This document shows, piece by piece, positions 58,735 through 64,000 of a stretch of 64,000 nt of DNA. Position numbers and translations under genes: made by a program. The DNA lies in assembly GCA_963662315.1 (NCBI GenBank), contig OY759353.1, positions 1,600,001 through 1,664,000 of the forward strand, written 5' to 3'. Below the pieces are notes generated by a model. That model saw nothing but the letters and a program-made list of their open reading frames with translations. It did not search any database and was not told where the DNA came from. Each line of letters opens with the position of its first letter. The stretch's first letter is position 1. The DNA is from Geopsychrobacteraceae bacterium (lineage in GTDB: Bacteria; Desulfobacterota; Desulfuromonadia; Desulfuromonadales; Geopsychrobacteraceae).

Positions 58735-59178
58735 ATGGCTAATTGGGATCTTTTTCAAGAAATGAACAAACTTCACAGAGAATTGGACAAAGCATTTCGC
58801 GGTTCAGGGTTCGCCTATTCAGGTCCATCGTTTTTGCCCGGCATCGGTGCAGGTGATTATCCTCGATTTAACCTGAGCGAAGATCAAAACAACTTCTATG
58901 TGGAGGCATTGGTACCAGGAATCGACCCCAAAGATCTGGATCTTAACGTGATGCAAGGCACGATTTCCCTTGCCGGAGAACGCAAAGAACATAATCTCCA
59001 ACAAGTTACCTGGCATCGCAGAGAACGGGGTGCGGGCAAATTCATGCGCAGCATTGAGCTACCGGAAAGTGTTGATATCAGCAAAATCGACGCGGAATAT
59101 CGTAATGGTGTACTGCTCATCACGCTGCCGAAGAAAGAACTGGCTAAGCCACGAAAAATCAACGTAAGTGCACAGTAA
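58735..59178 (+). CDS. Hsp20/alpha-crystallin small heat-shock protein
   Basis: VPGIDP, GERK, RER-x-x-GKF-x-RSIELP, AEYRNGVLLITLPK. Confidence 0.95.
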   Translation: MANWDLFQEMNKLHRELDKAFRGSGFAYSGPSFLPGIGAGDYPRFNLSEDQNNFYVEALVPGIDPKDLDLNVMQGTISLAGERKEHNLQQVTWHRRERGAGKFMRSIELPESVDISKIDAEYRNGVLLITLPKKELAKPRKINVSAQ

Positions 59179-59210
59179 CGGAATAAATACGACGATAAGG
59201 AGGCATAGCT

Positions 59211-59603
59211 ATGACACGTCAGGAATTAGCAACCTATAAAGACAATCAGGTGGAGCCAAGTGAACAAACCCGTTCGGCCGCACAGACTGTGGTTCCAGCC
59301 GTTGATATATATGAAACCGAAGAAAACCTGACTCTGATCGCAGACCTTCCCGGTGTGGATCATGACGGTCTCGATATTCAACTCGATAAAGGTCTGTTGA
59401 CCATCAAGGGCAGAGTCGGAAACACAAGAGAAGGCAAACGTTTACTCCAGGAATTTTCAGCGGCCGATTACTACCGTCAGTTCAAGTTGTCTGATCGCAT
59501 TGATGCCGAGAAAACCACGGCCGAACTTAACAGCGGTGTTTTAAAATTAATCATTCCAAAAGCAGAAGCGGCTAAACCAAGGAAAGTCGCAATCAGACAC
59601 TGA
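59211..59603 (+). CDS. Hsp20/alpha-crystallin small heat-shock protein
   Basis: PAVDIYE, ADLPGV, YYRQF, AELNSGVLKLIIPK. Confidence 0.95.
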   Translation: MTRQELATYKDNQVEPSEQTRSAAQTVVPAVDIYETEENLTLIADLPGVDHDGLDIQLDKGLLTIKGRVGNTREGKRLLQEFSAADYYRQFKLSDRIDAEKTTAELNSGVLKLIIPKAEAAKPRKVAIRH

Positions 59604-59638
59604 ACAACGGATCACATATATCCTAACCCTCCTTTTAT

Positions 59639-59670
59639 TTCCCCCGGATGATTTCCGGGGGAATTTTTTT
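59639..59670 (+). terminator. Intrinsic terminator after the hsp20 pair
   Basis: TTCCCCCGGA-tgatt-TCCGGGGGAA-TTTTTTT. Confidence 0.88.
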
Positions 59671-60022
59671 CTCCCCCAACGCGGATCAGGCACCAGTTCA
59701 ACCAGGGTTTGCCGATTCTGAGCGGCAAGAGTTTTGAAGCTCATCGACCGTTCGACACTTCAATAGAGACATACCCCAGCATGAATGATTTCCCTGTGAG
59801 CCTGTGTTAAAACATGTGTAAAGTTCGGTTCAGGTCAGTCCTTGTCTTTCGTGTTACATTTTTTAATTCCTTTTTTCCATGAATAACCTCACTTCCCAAA
59901 TAGCGTTCTGGCTCGATCATTAGCGCTAATCCATAATTCTGTAGATTTTTATACTTTACTCACCCGCTCCTAACATTTTTCTGGTTTATGGTGTCGTGCA
60001 TTTGCCCCGAGGAGGAGTTGCT

Positions 60023-60706
60023 ATGAAACAGTCACAAACAGGATTTAGTGGAGAGCTTCCGCAAGTGTTGCTGGCGGATGTCCTTCAACTGCATGGTCTG
60101 AACGGTTTTTCGGGGGGAATATCCGTAAGACAGGAAAAGCTAAAAGGAGTCATTTTTTTCAGAGCGGGTGAGGTTGTTCACGCCGAGCAGGATGAAAACA
60201 CCGGCATCGACGCCATCTGCAACATACTCAGCTGGCAGGGTGGGGATTTTTCGTGCCACCCAAACCTACAAACTTTACACAGCACTATAAAAATGTCCCT
60301 CAGCAACCTGCTGCTCGAGTGTCACCGCAGGTTGGATGAAAACGCACAGTTCGAAAAACCACATCAATCGCAAAAGGCCGAGACCATGAATAAAACCGTA
60401 AAAAAGCTCCTGCCCATTCCAGGAGTCAACTTTGCGGTTATTACCAACAATCAAGGGCAGCCGGTTGATGATGATAGTGACAGTGCGGCACGGCTAGGTG
60501 CACAGGGGCACTATTTCAATCAGGTGGCGCAACAACTTGGCGAACTGTTTGGTGCTAAAAAGATCACCTTTACAGCAGCTGGCGGCCAGGCAGGACATTG
60601 TCTGAATTTTCGTGGCAACCAAAGGTCAGTGATTGTCGGAATTCCGGCGCATATGGACTACCTGGCCATCGAAAATGCTATTCGCTCGACTCTTGCGGAG
60701 AAATAA
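60023..60706 (+). CDS. DUF4388 (PATAN-like) domain plus C-terminal Roadblock/LC7-like domain
   Basis: FSGEL..LADVLQL..GVIFFRAGEVVHAE..WQGGDF..LLLE; C-terminal IPGVNFAVITNNQG; GAGGAG RBS. Confidence 0.8.
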   Translation: MKQSQTGFSGELPQVLLADVLQLHGLNGFSGGISVRQEKLKGVIFFRAGEVVHAEQDENTGIDAICNILSWQGGDFSCHPNLQTLHSTIKMSLSNLLLECHRRLDENAQFEKPHQSQKAETMNKTVKKLLPIPGVNFAVITNNQGQPVDDDSDSAARLGAQGHYFNQVAQQLGELFGAKKITFTAAGGQAGHCLNFRGNQRSVIVGIPAHMDYLAIENAIRSTLAEK

Positions 60707-60715
60707 TTACTCACC

Positions 60716-62656
60716 ATGAATACGACATGCCTTGAAGAACTGGTCAAAGTACCCCACGTTGACGGTGCTTTTGTCAGCCATGAAGACGGCCGCGTCATTG
60801 TCCAGAAAATGCCGGATTTTCTTGCTCCGGAACAACTGCAAAAAGCAGCACGCCTGCTTAACCAGAACCGCAGCGCCGCCAGCACTGCTGTGGGACCGGT
60901 TGATTTTTGTGAATTCCGCTACAGTAACCAGCGGATTTTTATTTACTATCTGCCCCACGGGCAGCTTATGTTACTGTGTGGCCCACAAGCGAATCCTGCA
61001 CGGATCGCCCTTGAAGTGAATATGAAAAAAGCTGAGCTTTCAGCCTTGCTAGCAGGCGCTCAGACAGAGGGAACCGGTACAATTCATAACAATCCGTCTA
61101 TAAAGACACCACATTCCTCAACTGGAGATCACCAGCAACAGGAAAAACCCCGTGGAGCACTCATGCCGGTGTTGATCTCTGTGGCTTTTTTGTTGATTGC
61201 ACTTCTTGGTGTCGGTTTCTACTTTCTCTGGGATGAAAATCATTCACAACCCCAGATGGTGACAACTGATGGACAAAACAGGAGCAAACCGGTCACAGCA
61301 GCCACAGTTTCAGCAGCAACATCTGCGCCGCGTCCTGAAAATGAGACGATGGCCCCTCCAGCTGAAACCATATTACGACTGCATGGTTCCAATACAATCG
61401 GCGCTCGTCTTGCCCCGGCCCTGGTTGAGGACTTTCTGAAACAGGAACTGAAGGCCCAGAGGATTAAGAGTATTACCGGTAAAAATACCGATGAACAATC
61501 CATCCAAGCAGTCCTGCCGGATGGGCACAGAGTTGCTGTGGAAATTCATGCCCACGGCTCAAGTACTTCCTTTAAAGATCTGGATAGGGATCTGTGCGAC
61601 ATTGGTATGGCCTCCCGCTCTATCAAACCAAGCGAAGTCGAACAACTCAGCCGCTTTGGGGATATGACCAGCCCTGCCAGTGAGCATATTCTGGCCCTTG
61701 ACGGAATCGCTGTCATTGTTCATCCGGCCAACAATTTAGAAAAACTCTCCCAGCAGCAGATTGCGGCCATTTTTTCCGGCCAGATTCGTGATTGGTCTGA
61801 ATATCCGGCCAGCGGTCTGAGCGGGCCGATCAGAGTTATCGCCCGGGATGAAAAATCGGGGACCTGGGATACCTTCAAGCATCTGGTCCTCCAGGAACAA
61901 CCCCTTAAAAACGAAGCCGAACGGATTGAAGACAGTCGCGAACTGACAAACAAGGTTGCCACCGATACCAACGCCATCGGCTTCATCGGCTTGCCTTATA
62001 TCAAGCCGGCCAAAGCTATTTCGGTATCTGAAACCGGGACAGATGCCGTTTACCCAACCCCCTTCACCGTCGCCACCGAGGATTATCCCCTTGCCCGTCG
62101 ACTTTTTTTATACCTTCCTGAAAATACAACCAATACCCTCAGCAAAGCATTTGTTGAATTTTCCCTGGGGGCTGAAGGGCAGAAAATTGCCCAGCATATC
62201 GGCTTTGTTGAACTGCTTATCAATAAACAGCGCCCGTTGATAGCTGCAGATGCACCGCGCAGTTATATTGACAACACAGAGACTGCGGTACGTCTGTCTT
62301 TGAACTTCCGCTTCCGCAGTGGCAGCAGCCACCTTGATAACCGTGGTCTGCGCGATATTGACCGTCTGGTAAAGTTCCTGAATAATCCCGACAACCGCGG
62401 ACAGCACATCAAACTGTTTGGTTTTTCAGATAGCCTTGGCAACCGTGAGGCGAACTGTGCCTTGTCTGCCAATCGGGCACAAAAAGTGGCTTCCATACTG
62501 CAGGCGCATGGAATCTCTATTGAGACCACCCAGGGTTATTGTGATGATATGCCTGTGGCCTCCAACAAATCCGCCGCAGGGCGGGAACGCAATCGGCGTG
62601 TAGAAGTCTGGCTCGATGCGGGCAGAAACCTTCAACGCTACTCTCAAAACAACTAA
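60716..62656 (+). CDS. Roadblock/MglB-like - TM - PstS-like binding domain - OmpA-like peptidoglycan-binding fusion protein
   Basis: N-terminal VPHVDGAFVSHEDG; TM near aa 150-170; HGSNTIG, GSS, DIGMASR, ALDGIAVIVHP, SGT, YPLARRL; OmpA GFSDSLG, LSANRA, NRRVEV. Confidence 0.85.
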   Translation: MNTTCLEELVKVPHVDGAFVSHEDGRVIVQKMPDFLAPEQLQKAARLLNQNRSAASTAVGPVDFCEFRYSNQRIFIYYLPHGQLMLLCGPQANPARIALEVNMKKAELSALLAGAQTEGTGTIHNNPSIKTPHSSTGDHQQQEKPRGALMPVLISVAFLLIALLGVGFYFLWDENHSQPQMVTTDGQNRSKPVTAATVSAATSAPRPENETMAPPAETILRLHGSNTIGARLAPALVEDFLKQELKAQRIKSITGKNTDEQSIQAVLPDGHRVAVEIHAHGSSTSFKDLDRDLCDIGMASRSIKPSEVEQLSRFGDMTSPASEHILALDGIAVIVHPANNLEKLSQQQIAAIFSGQIRDWSEYPASGLSGPIRVIARDEKSGTWDTFKHLVLQEQPLKNEAERIEDSRELTNKVATDTNAIGFIGLPYIKPAKAISVSETGTDAVYPTPFTVATEDYPLARRLFLYLPENTTNTLSKAFVEFSLGAEGQKIAQHIGFVELLINKQRPLIAADAPRSYIDNTETAVRLSLNFRFRSGSSHLDNRGLRDIDRLVKFLNNPDNRGQHIKLFGFSDSLGNREANCALSANRAQKVASILQAHGISIETTQGYCDDMPVASNKSAAGRERNRRVEVWLDAGRNLQRYSQNN

Positions 62657-62931
62657 GCCTTTGAACTGCTGTCACTGGACCGGAACTCCGGTTCAGTACA
62701 GCAGCAAGGGCAGTCAATCGAGCCATATCAAGATATCAGGACACGATCTTAAGCCTTTCTCTGCTGATCACCTGTTAACCAATGTTCTTGCCGCAAGCAG
62801 CGGAATGTTCTATTCCTGGCACACTCTTTATGTTATGCAGTCTCAACTGTTATCATCGCAATAAACGCTGCAATCCAAAATACTGGTAGCTCGTAGGGAA
62901 AAGCCCCTGCGGAAAAGTAAAGAGAACTCTC

Positions 62932-63543
62932 ATGTCAGACATTATCAACCAGGCACTAGCCCTGGGATGCAGCCGGGCCAAGCTGATCCCGGCGGATCAG
63001 ATTCAGGTCAAAGACGAGCTCGCCCAACTTTGCCAACCGGACAGTTGCGAAGAGTATGGACTGGCTCCTACCTGCCCCCCTCACATTGCGGGGCCAGCAG
63101 GGTTCCGCCATCTTCAACAGCTCTGTCAGCAAGCCCTGGTGCTGCGCATCGATGTTTTTGAACAGGATCTGCTGGGGGCACAACGCACTACGATTTTCCG
63201 CAACCTGCAGGAAATTGTTGCCCGGATGGAAGTCAATGCCCTTGGTAGTGGTTATTCTGCAGCGCATGGTTTCGCCGGAGGTTCCTGTAAACGCCTGTTT
63301 TGCGCGGATGAAGCCCATTGTACAGTACTGACCCAAAAGGCACCATGCCGTTTCCCGGACCGGGCGCGACCATCTATGTCCGGTTTCGGCATTGATCTTC
63401 TGGCCCTGATGCAAAGCTGCGACTGGCCGGCAACCTTTATCGACAGTAACAATCCACAAGATCACGAAAGAAGGTCGTGGGTAGCGGCATTAATTCTTCT
63501 GGCCGGCAGACCGACTCCCCTGACGACTGAAAATAGCCCCTAG
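62932..63543 (+). CDS. DUF2284 family Cys-rich metal-binding protein
   Basis: C..CEEYG..CPP, GSCKRLFC, CRFPDRARPSMSGFGID. Confidence 0.82.
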   Translation: MSDIINQALALGCSRAKLIPADQIQVKDELAQLCQPDSCEEYGLAPTCPPHIAGPAGFRHLQQLCQQALVLRIDVFEQDLLGAQRTTIFRNLQEIVARMEVNALGSGYSAAHGFAGGSCKRLFCADEAHCTVLTQKAPCRFPDRARPSMSGFGIDLLALMQSCDWPATFIDSNNPQDHERRSWVAALILLAGRPTPLTTENSP

Positions 63544-63561
63544 CATAAAGGAGAATCCTTC

Positions 63562-64000
63562 ATGCCTCTATGGACCCCGGATATTTATATCAAGGCCTGG
63601 AATTTTGCCAGCCAGGCTCATGGCGCTCAATGTGTTCCCGGTAGCGGAGCCCCCTACATTAACCACATCGGGCTGGTTGCCATGGAAATACTGACCGCTC
63701 TGAGTCGCAATCACACCAATTGCCCCGATCTGGCCATACAGTGTGCTCTGCTCCACGACACAATCGAAGATACTCCATGTACCTATGAGGACATTAAGGA
63801 GGAATTCGGCCCTGATGTGGCCGCAGGAGTGCTGGCATTGTCCAAAAATACCCAATTACCGAGCAAGGCAGAGCAGATGAGCGACAGTCTGTTACGTATC
63901 AGACAGCAACCGGCTGAAGTCTGGATGGTAAAAATGGCGGATCGGATCACCAATCTGCAACCCCCACCAGCACACTGGAATCAACACAAAATTTCAGCTT
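63562..64000 (+). CDS. HD-domain (p)ppGpp hydrolase-like protein (SAH/Mesh1 family), cut by the window end
   Basis: Not in the ORF track; AAGGAG RBS; AH-x-x-Q, PYINH, LLHDTIED, VKMADRITNL. Confidence 0.85.
   Translation, partial: MPLWTPDIYIKAWNFASQAHGAQCVPGSGAPYINHIGLVAMEILTALSRNHTNCPDLAIQCALLHDTIEDTPCTYEDIKEEFGPDVAAGVLALSKNTQLPSKAEQMSDSLLRIRQQPAEVWMVKMADRITNLQPPPAHWNQHKISA

Noticed and set aside
59680..59745. GGCAAACC suggesting a c-di-GMP-I riboswitch, and ORF 59547..59744
   Set aside because: The GAAA loop and GACGCAAAG junction are missing; the ORF crosses a terminator into hsp20 and has no motifs
1..64000. CRISPR arrays, tRNA/rRNA genes, transposases, prophage, selenoprotein read-through
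   Set aside because: No regularly spaced repeats, cloverleafs, DDE or integrase ORFs, or convincing in-frame TGA cases seen by eye; tRNAscan and Infernal would be needed to exclude small RNAs

Overview
This is a 64-kb window of mostly core bacterial chromosome. Gene content and order suggest Desulfuromonadales/Desulfobacterota (inference). From left to right it holds: a DksA-like gene; the ffh-rpsP-khpA-rimM-trmD-rplS-rnhB-yraN-nadE-rsmI cluster; dciA; a small tetraheme cytochrome c; purHDE; alr; thiDE-thiC; speD; fba/gap; rpsU; a PilZ gene; a J-domain gene; rdgC; a PP2C sensor; OMPLA; clpS-clpA-aat; rmuC; lemA-TPM-TPM; tmcAL; sfsA; ald and its Lrp regulator; a hybrid kinase; arginase with an AgrE-type ornithine cyclodeaminase; a phage-type dNMP kinase; a diguanylate cyclase; a divergent htpX/hsp20-hsp20 locus; and an HD hydrolase cut by the window edge. 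I saw no rRNA, tRNA, CRISPR array, transposase or prophage. The best candidates for undescribed biology are: (1) a two-gene module, DUF4388-Roadblock plus Roadblock-TM-PstS-OmpA, that may span the envelope; (2) a J-domain co-chaperone with four MshEN-like c-di-GMP-binding repeats next to a PilZ gene; (3) arginase paired with an AgrE/TIGR00300-like cyclodeaminase; (4) back-to-back sigma54 promoters sharing a GCGAC-repeat enhancer; and (5) a compact c3/c7-intermediate cytochrome. All family calls come from reading motifs by eye; no database searches were run.
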